Part shown: one piece after another, positions 47,878-56,411 of the stretch
How positions within the stretch are numbered: position 1 is the stretch's first letter
Layout of the letters: each line of letters starts with the position of its first letter
The notes under the pieces: model-generated
The model's input: the letters and a program-made list of their open reading frames with translations, nothing else
The model's database searches: none
What the model was told of the DNA's origin: nothing
NCBI GenBank assembly: GCA_031364845.1
Contig: JANLWX010000028.1
Coordinates: 5,346 to 69,345, forward strand
Source of the DNA: Candidatus Eiseniibacteriota bacterium
GTDB lineage: Bacteria; Eisenbacteria; RBG-16-71-46
Direction: 5' to 3'
Length of the DNA stretch: 64,000 bases
Translations under genes and position numbers: made by a program

Positions 47878-50439
47878 ATGGCCGTGAATCTGACGTGGAA
47901 GGATGTCTCGCAGTCGCCGTACAGCGGCTCGATCGAGAAGGCGATCAATGGCCAGGCGAGTCCATTCATCGCCCCCGTGCAGCCTGGTGACACGATCTAT
48001 GTCCCCGGCGGGAACTACAACATCGCGAACCCACTGCTCATCAACCAACCCAACGTCAGGATTGTTGGCGATGGCATGGACAAGACCAACATCATTTGCC
48101 CGTCCGGGTCATCGATTGCGGTATTCGATGTCACGGAGTCGTTCGCGACCCTTGAGGGATTCACGATCACGCAGGCCGATGCCGTCACCTCGGGGACCGG
48201 GGTGGGTGTGAGGATCGGTTCCAGCGCCACGTACATCCAGCAGACTACCCTCAGGCACATCAAGATCAAGTTCATGCCAAGCTACGCGCTATTCATTCCT
48301 GGCGGGTCCGAAGGGTTCTCGAACCAGCCCGTGAATGAGACCGTGATCGAGAACGCCATCTTGCACAACTCCCAGTCGGACGCCATCGTGTTCATCGGAA
48401 AAGGCAGTACGCTCGCCAATTTCAGAAACTGCAACATCAGCGCATACCACGTTCCCGGGGTATTGGCGGTCCAGATCATGAATGCGTCGCACATCACTTT
48501 CGATTCGTGTGAGGGCAATCCGGCGCCTGACAAGTATTGGCTGGACTTTGAGGTAGATCCGAACGACGCCGCCCCCACATCTGGCGGAGAGGCGCTTTCC
48601 ATCATTAACTGCGACTTGGAAGTTAATCGTGAAGAACCCGGAGCTGTGCGGCATTCCAGCTATTTCATTCACGCGAAGCGCGTGTCACATGTCTTGATTC
48701 AGAGCACGCTACTGTATTGGGCGCAGAAGGGTGTCTGGCTGGAAGAATGTAACAACGCCATTGTCCAGGCCAATGTGTTCATCGACATACGCGCGAATGG
48801 TAATACGGGCGCAAATCCTGCGGCATCGTCCTTGACGCTCACAGCATGCAAGGACACAGCGATCATCGGTTCGTGTTGGCAGAACACGGACTATAACACT
48901 GACTGGATTCCGGATGGCACGGTCACGGGCGAGAGACTCCCGTTGCCTTTCGAAGAGCTGAGCGGCACGACGGGGACGACGGTTTTGGAGCAGGGTGTCG
49001 CGCTACTCCCGACCTATGGTGCCGTGGCGTCCAGTTTGCCCAACAACGTAAAGACGGGGCTGCTGCACCCTGGCATGCTGGCTTACGATCTTAAGCGTCG
49101 CCTGCAATCGTGGGACGGCGCGAAGTGGGTGAGGGCGGTCACGGGCTACGAGCTCTTCATCGCGACCGACTACGCGGACATCCAGCTCGCCGTCGATGCG
49201 GCCAGCGCCGCGGCTACGGGCGGGGTTGTCTATGTCCCGGGGGCGACTTACAACGAGTCCTCGACGCCGAAGTACAGCGGCAATCTGATCGTGAACGCAC
49301 CGGGCAAGACGATTCGAATCATCGGCGACGGAGCGGGGAGCACAATTCTGCAGGCACCGTCGACAGGCCCCAACAACGACAAACCGATGCTGAGTCTTCG
49401 GTCCGATGACATCGCGATTGAAGGCATGACGTTCGATGGCTTCAATCAGGTCAGCACCGCCGCGGGCATCGTCATCGGTAACGCAGGTCAGGCAGTGTTC
49501 CGTCCACGTATGACCGACGTGACCGTAAGGAACAGTGCGGGATGGTCGATCTATGCACTCGGTTCGGAGGCCGCGGCGAGCTCCCACTACGGCCTGTTCG
49601 AACGCGTGCGCTGCACGGGCAATCGGAGCGCTGCCACCGGAGGCGTGTGGCTGGCGGTCGGGTGCTCGACCCACGTGTTCCGGGACTGCGTCGTGGAACA
49701 GTTCAAGGGCTACGGGGTGTTCATGGACCAAGTTGACGGTGCCGCACTGCTCGAGTGCCGGATCTTCGATGCCAGCGATGACACGCAGCCCTACTTGGGA
49801 CTGAACAACTCCCTGAACATCATCGTCACCGCGCTCAAGTGCCGAAACCAGGCACCTCCGACGCAAACGCAGAATGAGCGCTTCATCAAACTCACCGGCG
49901 AGAATCGCAGCATCAGCATCATTGCGCCGAAGCTCTATCGGGACCAGACCTCGAACCCGAACGGAAGCGATGTCAATAGCGGTGGGGGGATCGCTCGCTC
50001 CGTCATGATCCTGAGTCCTGAGATGAGGGTGCAAGGAGCCGCGACGGGAACAGACCACATCAAGATCGGGAGTTCATCGGAGTGCTTCATCATCGGCGGC
50101 GTGGTCTCGGCCTCCGGGGCCGCTACCCCATTTCCGGTCATGGAGATCGAGAGCCCGGCATCCCGCTTTGCGGTCGCGGGTCGGGCAACGATCGACTTCG
50201 GCAATGGGGCGCAGTCGGCGACCGTGAGCGTGTCCGATCTCCGCGTTGCCACGAACTCTCGAATCATGGCCGCGATGGCCTATGCCCCAACGCTGAATCG
50301 CGACCTGGACGAATTGGAGATGGACCACTTTGAAGTGCACGCGGGCAATGTCACCAACGGCGTGGGATTTGAGATCGTGGCCGACTGTCTGACAGGCTAT
50401 GGGCACGGCACTTACTTCGTCGATTACATCAGGAGCTGA
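47878..50439 (+). CDS. Tandem right-handed beta-helix protein (pectin-lyase-fold / tailspike- or polysaccharide-depolymerase-like), 853 aa, no signal peptide
   Basis: GAGGGGG then ATG 47878. Two paralogous halves: 'IAPVQPGDTIYVPGGNYNIANPLLINQPNVRIVGDGMDKTNIICPSGSS' and 'AAATGGVVYVPGATYNESSTPKYSGNLIVNAPGKTIRIIGDGAGSTILQAPS'. Repeated 'N..I..N.F.D' turns. Confidence 0.7.
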   Translation: MAVNLTWKDVSQSPYSGSIEKAINGQASPFIAPVQPGDTIYVPGGNYNIANPLLINQPNVRIVGDGMDKTNIICPSGSSIAVFDVTESFATLEGFTITQADAVTSGTGVGVRIGSSATYIQQTTLRHIKIKFMPSYALFIPGGSEGFSNQPVNETVIENAILHNSQSDAIVFIGKGSTLANFRNCNISAYHVPGVLAVQIMNASHITFDSCEGNPAPDKYWLDFEVDPNDAAPTSGGEALSIINCDLEVNREEPGAVRHSSYFIHAKRVSHVLIQSTLLYWAQKGVWLEECNNAIVQANVFIDIRANGNTGANPAASSLTLTACKDTAIIGSCWQNTDYNTDWIPDGTVTGERLPLPFEELSGTTGTTVLEQGVALLPTYGAVASSLPNNVKTGLLHPGMLAYDLKRRLQSWDGAKWVRAVTGYELFIATDYADIQLAVDAASAAATGGVVYVPGATYNESSTPKYSGNLIVNAPGKTIRIIGDGAGSTILQAPSTGPNNDKPMLSLRSDDIAIEGMTFDGFNQVSTAAGIVIGNAGQAVFRPRMTDVTVRNSAGWSIYALGSEAAASSHYGLFERVRCTGNRSAATGGVWLAVGCSTHVFRDCVVEQFKGYGVFMDQVDGAALLECRIFDASDDTQPYLGLNNSLNIIVTALKCRNQAPPTQTQNERFIKLTGENRSISIIAPKLYRDQTSNPNGSDVNSGGGIARSVMILSPEMRVQGAATGTDHIKIGSSSECFIIGGVVSASGAATPFPVMEIESPASRFAVAGRATIDFGNGAQSATVSVSDLRVATNSRIMAAMAYAPTLNRDLDELEMDHFEVHAGNVTNGVGFEIVADCLTGYGHGTYFVDYIRS

Positions 50440-50440
50440 C

Positions 50441-51070
50441 ATGGCGATCATCAAGTCCGGAGCGACTACCGACCAACTCACGGTTGACCCTACCAGCAAG
50501 GCGGCCCGCGTCACGCTGTATGACCCAGCGGGACGGTCACTGGCGGCGGAATCCAAGGCAACCTACTTCGCCGCCGGCACGTTCACGCCGCCGGCGACCC
50601 CTACGGATATGGTGACGATCTTCGGTAGCGCAACGCGGACGGTGCGTGTTGTGGCGTTCATCATCACCACCACGAACACCGCAGCCGGATCTCAACAGTT
50701 TTCATTAATCAAGCGCACGACTGCGAATTCTGGCGGCACGCTTGTCGCGGCGACTGCCGTGACCGCGGATGTTGCCGATAGCGCTGCGACAGCCACCGTG
50801 GGTCACTACACTGCCAACCCCTCCGGGCTGGGCGCTGCGGCTGGAACCATCAATATCAGGCGCGCCGCCTCGCCTGCAGCGGTGCCGGCGAGTTTCGCGG
50901 GCGTCGTGCGGGATGCGGGTGTGGACATGCTTGACGTTGGAGCCAATACGTCGCTCAACAAGATCGCAGTGTTGAACGGCACGGGACAGGGATTGTGCCT
51001 CAACTTCGGAGGCGCGGCATTAGTTGCAGGGCAGACGCATGCGTACCAAGTCGTTTGGACTGAGGAATAG
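50441..51070 (+). CDS. Hypothetical protein (Ala/Thr-rich), coupled to the beta-helix gene
   Basis: AGGAG 5 nt upstream of ATG 50441, 2 nt after the upstream stop. 210 aa, no family assigned. Confidence 0.5.
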   Translation: MAIIKSGATTDQLTVDPTSKAARVTLYDPAGRSLAAESKATYFAAGTFTPPATPTDMVTIFGSATRTVRVVAFIITTTNTAAGSQQFSLIKRTTANSGGTLVAATAVTADVADSAATATVGHYTANPSGLGAAAGTINIRRAASPAAVPASFAGVVRDAGVDMLDVGANTSLNKIAVLNGTGQGLCLNFGGAALVAGQTHAYQVVWTEE

Positions 51071-51101
51071 AGCAGACGATTGCTTGTCCGGACCAAAACA
51101 C

Positions 51102-51192
51102 AAGGCGCGCATGAGCGCCCCGGAGACGAGATCGGAGCCAGAGGCCAGCGCTGAACTTCTCGCCATCGGCGCGAAGCGGTGTGCGACGCGCG
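51102..51192. repeat. Right copy of the ~90-bp direct repeat (degenerate duplicate of the gene 44945-46246 3' end)
   Basis: 'aaggcgcgcatgagcgccccggagacgagatcggagccagaggccagcgctgaacttctcgccatcggcgcgaagcggtgtgcgacgcg'. It would translate as ..SAPETRSEPEASAELLAIGAKR, against ..RSPETKIGASGQR* at the left copy. Confidence 0.65.
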
Positions 51193-51358
51193 AGCGCAGG
51201 GAAACGGCCACACGGACCCTCACCCTGCGCTCCTTGCATGCGGCGGACCGGCTATCGTCAACGACCCCGCGCCCGCCCCGCCCGTTGACCGCGCCCCGCC
51301 AAAACTCCTACCGTAGCGCTTCGTGTTCCACCCCACGCGTCCCTTCGAGGAATTCCCC

Positions 51359-52312
51359 ATGCGCCGAGTTCTCGTGACCGGAGTCACCGGTTTTGCCGGC
51401 AGCCATCTGGTCGATTACATGCTCACGCGCGGCGACTGCGAGATCTATGGGACGCAGCGGTGGCGCAGCCGCACGGAGAACATCGAACACGTGCGCGACA
51501 AGATCTCGCTGATCGAGTGCGACCTGCGCGATGCCTCGTCCACGCGCGACATGCTCGAAAAGGTGCGGCCGGATTTCATCTTTCACCTGGCGGCGCAGTC
51601 GTTCGTGCCGACGTCGTGGAATGCGCCGAGCGAATCGCTGACCACCAACGTGATCGGTCAGGTGAACATCTTCGAGGCGGTGCGCCGCATCGGCCTGCCG
51701 TGCCGCATCCAGCTTGCGTGCTCGAGCGAAGAATACGGGATGGTGTTTCCGGACGAGACGCCGATCAAGGAAACCAATCCCCTGCGGCCTTTGTCGCCGT
51801 ACGCGGTCAGCAAGGTCGCGCAGGACATGCTCGGCTACCAGTACTGGATGTCGTGGAAGCTCGACAGCGTGCGCACGCGCGGCTTCAATCATGAAGGCCC
51901 GCGGCGCGGGCCGGTGTTCGTGGCGTCGGACTTCGCGAAGCAGATCGCCGACATCGAGAAGGGCCTGCGCCCGCCGGTGGTCCACGTCGGCAATCTCGAT
52001 GCGCTGCGCGACTTCACCGATGTGCGTGACATGGTGCGCGGCTACTGGCTGGCGCTCGAGAAGTGCGAGCCGGGCGAGGTCTACAACATCTGCAGCGGCA
52101 AGGCGTGGAAGATCGGCGACATGCTCGAGCATTTGCTGGGGTTGTCGAAGGTGAAGATCGAAGTACGCCAGGATCCCGCGCGCCTGCGCCCGAGCGACGT
52201 GCCGATTCTGCTCGGCGACTACTCCAAGTTCGCGAAAGCGACGGGCTGGGCGCCGACGATTCCGTTCGAGCAGACGCTCGCCGACATGCTGGAGTACTGG
52301 CGGAATCGATAG
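51359..52312 (+). CDS. NAD-dependent epimerase/dehydratase, GDP-6-deoxy-D-mannose reductase (Rmd)-like
   Basis: 'VLVTGVTGFAGSHLVDYML', 'FHLAAQSFVPTSW', 'SSEEYG', 'SPYAVSKVA' (YxxxK). Confidence 0.8.
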   Translation: MRRVLVTGVTGFAGSHLVDYMLTRGDCEIYGTQRWRSRTENIEHVRDKISLIECDLRDASSTRDMLEKVRPDFIFHLAAQSFVPTSWNAPSESLTTNVIGQVNIFEAVRRIGLPCRIQLACSSEEYGMVFPDETPIKETNPLRPLSPYAVSKVAQDMLGYQYWMSWKLDSVRTRGFNHEGPRRGPVFVASDFAKQIADIEKGLRPPVVHVGNLDALRDFTDVRDMVRGYWLALEKCEPGEVYNICSGKAWKIGDMLEHLLGLSKVKIEVRQDPARLRPSDVPILLGDYSKFAKATGWAPTIPFEQTLADMLEYWRNR

Positions 52313-52313
52313 G

Positions 52314-53276
52314 ATGAGCATGTTCGAACTCCGGGGCGCCGCGGTCCTCGTCACCGGTGCCGGCGGCTTCGCCGGTCCTCATGCGGTGCGCGCGCTCGCC
52401 GAGCGTGGCGCGCGGATCTTCGGCACCGGCGGGCCCGAGCCGCGCGGGGTTTCGCTCGCGGGCTGGTTCGACTCCGATCTGCGCGATCCCGAAAGCCTGA
52501 TGACTGCGGTCGCCTCCGCGAAACCGGACGCTGTGCTGCATCTCGCCGGGCAGAGCAGTGCCGCGCGCTCGTTCGAACATCCGACCGAGACGTTTCACGT
52601 CAACGCACTCGGAAGCTGGTTTGTGCTCGAAGCGTTGCGCGTCCATGCGCCGCGCGCACGGGTACTGATGGTGACGAGCGGCGAGATCTACGGTCCGCAC
52701 GCCGAGGGCACGCGGATCGCCGAAGACGGCGCGGTCCGCCCGGTGAGTCCTTACGGATTGTCGAAGGCGGCTGCCGACGCGTTCGGAGCGATCGCGGCGG
52801 AGCGCGGGCAGGACGTCGTGCGCGCGCGATCGTTCGGTCACACAGGGCCAGGTCAGGAAGCGCGCTTCGTGATCCCCTCGATGGCGAGTCAGATCGCCGA
52901 GATCGAAACCGGATCACGCGCCCCGCGGCTTGCGGTCGGGAATCTCGAAGTCACGCGCGACATCTCGGACGTCCGCGACGTGGCGCGCGCGTACGTCGCG
53001 TTGATCGAGCGTGGGATCGCGGGGAAGGCCTACAATGTGTGCACGGGCGTCGGCGTGCGGCTGACCGACGTGGTGGCGCGGCTTGCGGCCCTCGCGCGGA
53101 TCCCGGTCATGGTCGAGGTCGATCCGGCGCGCCTGCGGCCCGCCGACGTGCCGTACCTGGTCGGCGACCCTTCGGCGATCGCCCTCGACACGGGGTGGGC
53201 CTGCGAAATCCCTCTCGAACAGACGCTCGCCGATGTGCTGGCGGAGTCGCGTTCGCGCGCGGCTCCCAGCGCCTGA
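52314..53276 (+). CDS. NAD-dependent epimerase/dehydratase (Rmd/GDP-4-keto-6-deoxyhexose reductase-like paralog)
   Basis: 'VLVTGAGGFAGPHAV', 'LHLAGQSSAARSF', 'SGEIYG', 'SPYGLSKAA'. Begins 2 nt after the upstream stop. Confidence 0.8.
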   Translation: MSMFELRGAAVLVTGAGGFAGPHAVRALAERGARIFGTGGPEPRGVSLAGWFDSDLRDPESLMTAVASAKPDAVLHLAGQSSAARSFEHPTETFHVNALGSWFVLEALRVHAPRARVLMVTSGEIYGPHAEGTRIAEDGAVRPVSPYGLSKAAADAFGAIAAERGQDVVRARSFGHTGPGQEARFVIPSMASQIAEIETGSRAPRLAVGNLEVTRDISDVRDVARAYVALIERGIAGKAYNVCTGVGVRLTDVVARLAALARIPVMVEVDPARLRPADVPYLVGDPSAIALDTGWACEIPLEQTLADVLAESRSRAAPSA

Positions 53277-53396
53277 ACGGGTACCGGCGCCCACCGCGGC
53301 GCGAGCCGGTGCGATTGCCGTTCGGCCTCCCGAAGTCACAATGGGCCGGGGCGAATTTCCCACTCGTGCCCGGCAACGGATCGGTCGATCACCCCC

Positions 53397-54911
53397 TTGG
53401 GCTGGGCTCGGCTCAGGGGATTGACCGCCTCACGGTCAAGCCTCTACTCTGACTCGCCCGTTTTCCCGCATCAAACTCGATCCACCTCGCGCGGCTGGCG
53501 TCTCGCCCCGCGTCCGCGAAAGGGCACTCTTCTGTACTCGATCACTGTAGTAGGGACCGGCTACGTCGGCCTCGTGACCGGCGCTTGCCTCGCCGATTTC
53601 GGCAATCATGTGATCTGTGTCGACGCCGATGCCGCCAAGATCGAACGCCTCCGCAACCTCGAACTTCCGTTCTTCGAGCCCGGGCTGCCCGAGCTGGTCG
53701 AGCGCAATGTCGTGGAAGGACGTCTCAGCTTCAGCAGCGACCTGAAGAGCGCGCTCAAGGGATCCAAGGTCGTCTTCATCACCGTCGGCACGCCGCCGCG
53801 GGCCGATGGGTCGGCGGACACCAGCGCGATCTACGCGGTCGCGAAGACCGTGGCTCAGAACCTCGACGGCTACAAGCTCGTGGTGCAGAAGAGCACCGCT
53901 CCCGTAGGAACCGCGCGCAGCCTGTACGGCTGGATGCGCAAGTACGCCAAGCGCGGCGCCGAGTTCGATGTCGCTTCGAATCCGGAATTCCTGCGCGAAG
54001 GCTCGGCGATCGAGACGTTCATGCGTCCCGACCGCGTCGTGATCGGCGCCGAATCGAAGAAGGCCGAAGAAGTCCTGCGCAAGATCCACGATCCGCTGTT
54101 CCTGATCGAGACGCCGATGGTGGTGACCACGCTCGAGACGGCGGAGCTGATCAAGTACTCGTCCAACTGCTTCCTCGCGACCAAGATCTCGTTCATCAAC
54201 GAGATCGCGAACCTGTGCGAAGCACTCGGCGCCGACGTGCAGATGGTGGCGAAGGGTCTCGGCATGGACCGCCGCATCGGCTCCAAGTTCCTGCACGCGG
54301 GCCCCGGCTACGGCGGCTCATGCTTCCCGAAGGACACGCACGCGCTGTCGGCGTTCGCGCGCGATGCGGGCGTGAAGTCGGGCATCGTGGATGCCGTGAT
54401 CCAGGCGAACGAGCACCAGATGAAGCTCATGGTCGACAAGATCTGCGCTTCGATCGGTGCACCGCGCGGCAAGACGGTCGGAGTGCTGGGGCTCGCGTTC
54501 AAGCCCAACACCGACGACCTGCGCGAAGCGCCGGCACTCGAGATCATCGCGGGCTTGAAGCGCCGCGGGGTCAAGGTGCGCGCGTTCGATCCGGTTTCGA
54601 TGCCGGGCGCAAAGAAGCTTCCGGGCATGCGCGGCGTGGAATTCGCCGAAGATGCCTATCAGTGCGCGAAGGGCGCGAGCGCCGTTGCCATCATCACCGA
54701 GTGGAACGAGTTCCGGAACATGGATCTCTCGCGTCTCAAGCGCGTGATGAAGAAGCCGGTGCTGTGCGATCTGCGCAATCTCTACGATCCCAAGGAAGTC
54801 GAAGCGGCGGGCTGGACCCATGTCGGTGTCGGCCGCGGGCGCGCGGATGCGAAGAAGACCCGCGCCAGGCGCCGTCCTGCCGTGCGTCGCGCCGCGCGCA
54901 AGGCGTCCTGA
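53397..54911 (+). CDS. ugd: UDP-glucose 6-dehydrogenase (N-terminal boundary uncertain)
   Basis: 'ITVVGTGYVGLVTGACLADFG' Rossmann, 'GGSCFPKD' catalytic Cys, 'GLAFKPNTDDLREAP'. The first in-frame ATG (53397) lies 45 codons upstream of the usual Ugd start and there is no ATG/GTG near ITVVG. Basic C-terminal tail. Confidence 0.8.
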   Translation: MGWARLRGLTASRSSLYSDSPVFPHQTRSTSRGWRLAPRPRKGTLLYSITVVGTGYVGLVTGACLADFGNHVICVDADAAKIERLRNLELPFFEPGLPELVERNVVEGRLSFSSDLKSALKGSKVVFITVGTPPRADGSADTSAIYAVAKTVAQNLDGYKLVVQKSTAPVGTARSLYGWMRKYAKRGAEFDVASNPEFLREGSAIETFMRPDRVVIGAESKKAEEVLRKIHDPLFLIETPMVVTTLETAELIKYSSNCFLATKISFINEIANLCEALGADVQMVAKGLGMDRRIGSKFLHAGPGYGGSCFPKDTHALSAFARDAGVKSGIVDAVIQANEHQMKLMVDKICASIGAPRGKTVGVLGLAFKPNTDDLREAPALEIIAGLKRRGVKVRAFDPVSMPGAKKLPGMRGVEFAEDAYQCAKGASAVAIITEWNEFRNMDLSRLKRVMKKPVLCDLRNLYDPKEVEAAGWTHVGVGRGRADAKKTRARRRPAVRRAARKAS

Positions 54912-55366
54912 TGATCGAGGGCGTTCGCATCAAGCGGCTCAAGGTGATCCCCGATGAACGGGGATTGCTCATGGAAATGCTGCGCGACGACGACGACATC
55001 TACCAGCGGTTCGGGCAGGTGTACCTGTCGGTCGTGAACCCCGGCGTGGTCAAGGGCTGGCACTTTCACAAGCGCCAGACCGATCACTTCGTGTTCGTAA
55101 AGGGCATGGCGAAGGTCGTGCTCGTGGACACGCGTGATTCGAGCCCGACCAAGGGCGAGGTCAACGAGTACTTCATGGGCGAGCACAATCCCATCCTGCT
55201 CGTGATCCCGCCGTTCGTGCTCCACGGGATGAAGGGCATCGGAACCGAGCCCGCGTATCTCGTCAACACGCCGACCGAGCACTACAACTACGACGAGCCC
55301 GACGAGTTCCGCGTTCCGGCCCATGATCCGAGCGTTCCGTACGACTGGAGCCGGAAAGATGGCTGA
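54911..55366 (+). CDS. RmlC-like cupin (dTDP-4-dehydrorhamnose 3,5-epimerase family)
   Basis: TGATG overlap with ugd. 'VKGWHFHKRQTDHFVFVKGMAKVVLVDTRDSSPTKGEV' matches the RmlC-type His/Lys active-site pattern. 151 aa. Confidence 0.7.
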   Translation: MIEGVRIKRLKVIPDERGLLMEMLRDDDDIYQRFGQVYLSVVNPGVVKGWHFHKRQTDHFVFVKGMAKVVLVDTRDSSPTKGEVNEYFMGEHNPILLVIPPFVLHGMKGIGTEPAYLVNTPTEHYNYDEPDEFRVPAHDPSVPYDWSRKDG

Positions 55367-56411
55367 GCCGGCGTCGCTCGACGGCAGCCGTGTGCTCGTG
55401 ACCGGTGGGGCGGGGTTCATCGGCTCGAACTTCGTCCACCAGTTCCTCAAGCAGCAGCCCAAGAGCCACATCGTGGTGCTCGACGCGCTGACCTATGCCG
55501 GCCGACGCGAGAACCTCGACGGCATCCCGGAGCGGTCGCTGACGTTCGTCCATGGCGACATCCGCGATCCAAAGGCGGTCGCTCAGGCGATGGCCGGCTG
55601 CGACTACGTGCTCAACTTCGCCGCAGAGTCGCATGTCGACCGCTCGATCGAGACTCCGGGCGACTTCATACAGACCGACGTCTACGGCGTGTTCGTACTG
55701 GCCGAGGAGGCGCGCCGCCAAAAGATAAGCCGTTTCGTCCAGGTCTCGACCGACGAGGTGTACGGCGAAGTGCTCGAAGGGCATTCGACCGAGGACTGGG
55801 CGCTCCATCCGCGCAGCCCCTACGCCGCGAGCAAGGCGGGTGGCGACCGGCTGGCATTCGCCTACTGGGCGACGTACGGATTGCCGGTGGTCGTGACGCG
55901 CTGCTCCAACAACTACGGCCCGCGCCAGTATCCGGAAAAGCTGGTGCCGCTGTTCATCACCAACGCGATCGACGACGAGCCGCTTCCCGTGTATGGTAAC
56001 GGGCTGAATACTCGCGATTGGCTCCATGTGGATGACCATTGCGCGGCGATCGCCACGTTGCTGAAGCACCCGGGCATCGAGGGCGAGACGTTCAACATCG
56101 GCGCTCAGCATGAGTTGGACGTGCTCACGATCACCGGAACCATCCTCGAACTGCTCGGCAAACCTCCCACGCTGATTCGCTACGTCGAAGACCGGCCCGG
56201 TCATGACCGGCGTTATGCGGTCGACTCCTCGAAGCTGACCCGCGCCACGGGTTGGAAGCCGGCGATCGACTTTGCCTCCGGCATCCGGCAGACCGTGGAG
56301 TGGTTCCAGCGCAATGAAGCGTGGTGGCGGCCGATCAAAGAAGGCGACTTCCGCCAGTACTACGAGCGGATGTACGGCCAGCGCAAGGTGCTCAAAGAGG
56401 TGAAGGCATGA
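55359..56411 (+). CDS. rfbB: dTDP-glucose 4,6-dehydratase
   Basis: 'VLVTGGAGFIGSNFV', 'DIRD', 'SPYAASKAGGD', 'TRCSNNYGPRQYPEKLVPLFI', 'VYGNGLNTRDWLHVDDHCAAI'. Confidence 0.9.
   Translation: MAEPASLDGSRVLVTGGAGFIGSNFVHQFLKQQPKSHIVVLDALTYAGRRENLDGIPERSLTFVHGDIRDPKAVAQAMAGCDYVLNFAAESHVDRSIETPGDFIQTDVYGVFVLAEEARRQKISRFVQVSTDEVYGEVLEGHSTEDWALHPRSPYAASKAGGDRLAFAYWATYGLPVVVTRCSNNYGPRQYPEKLVPLFITNAIDDEPLPVYGNGLNTRDWLHVDDHCAAIATLLKHPGIEGETFNIGAQHELDVLTITGTILELLGKPPTLIRYVEDRPGHDRRYAVDSSKLTRATGWKPAIDFASGIRQTVEWFQRNEAWWRPIKEGDFRQYYERMYGQRKVLKEVKA

Larger units (their letters stand above)
46284..51101. mobile_element. Putative integrated genomic island (~4.8 kb, lower GC, direct-repeat bounded, no integrase in the window)
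   Basis: GC drops from ~70% to ~55-58% between the two direct repeats. Cargo: G12 tract, beta-helix fragment, secreted protein, tandem beta-helix protein, small unknown protein. Confidence 0.4.

Noticed and set aside
51024-51377. 117-aa plus-strand ORF spanning the right direct repeat
   Set aside because: Its 'coding' content is the degenerate duplicate of the gene 44945-46246 3' end read in frame by chance. R/S/T-rich with no start context.
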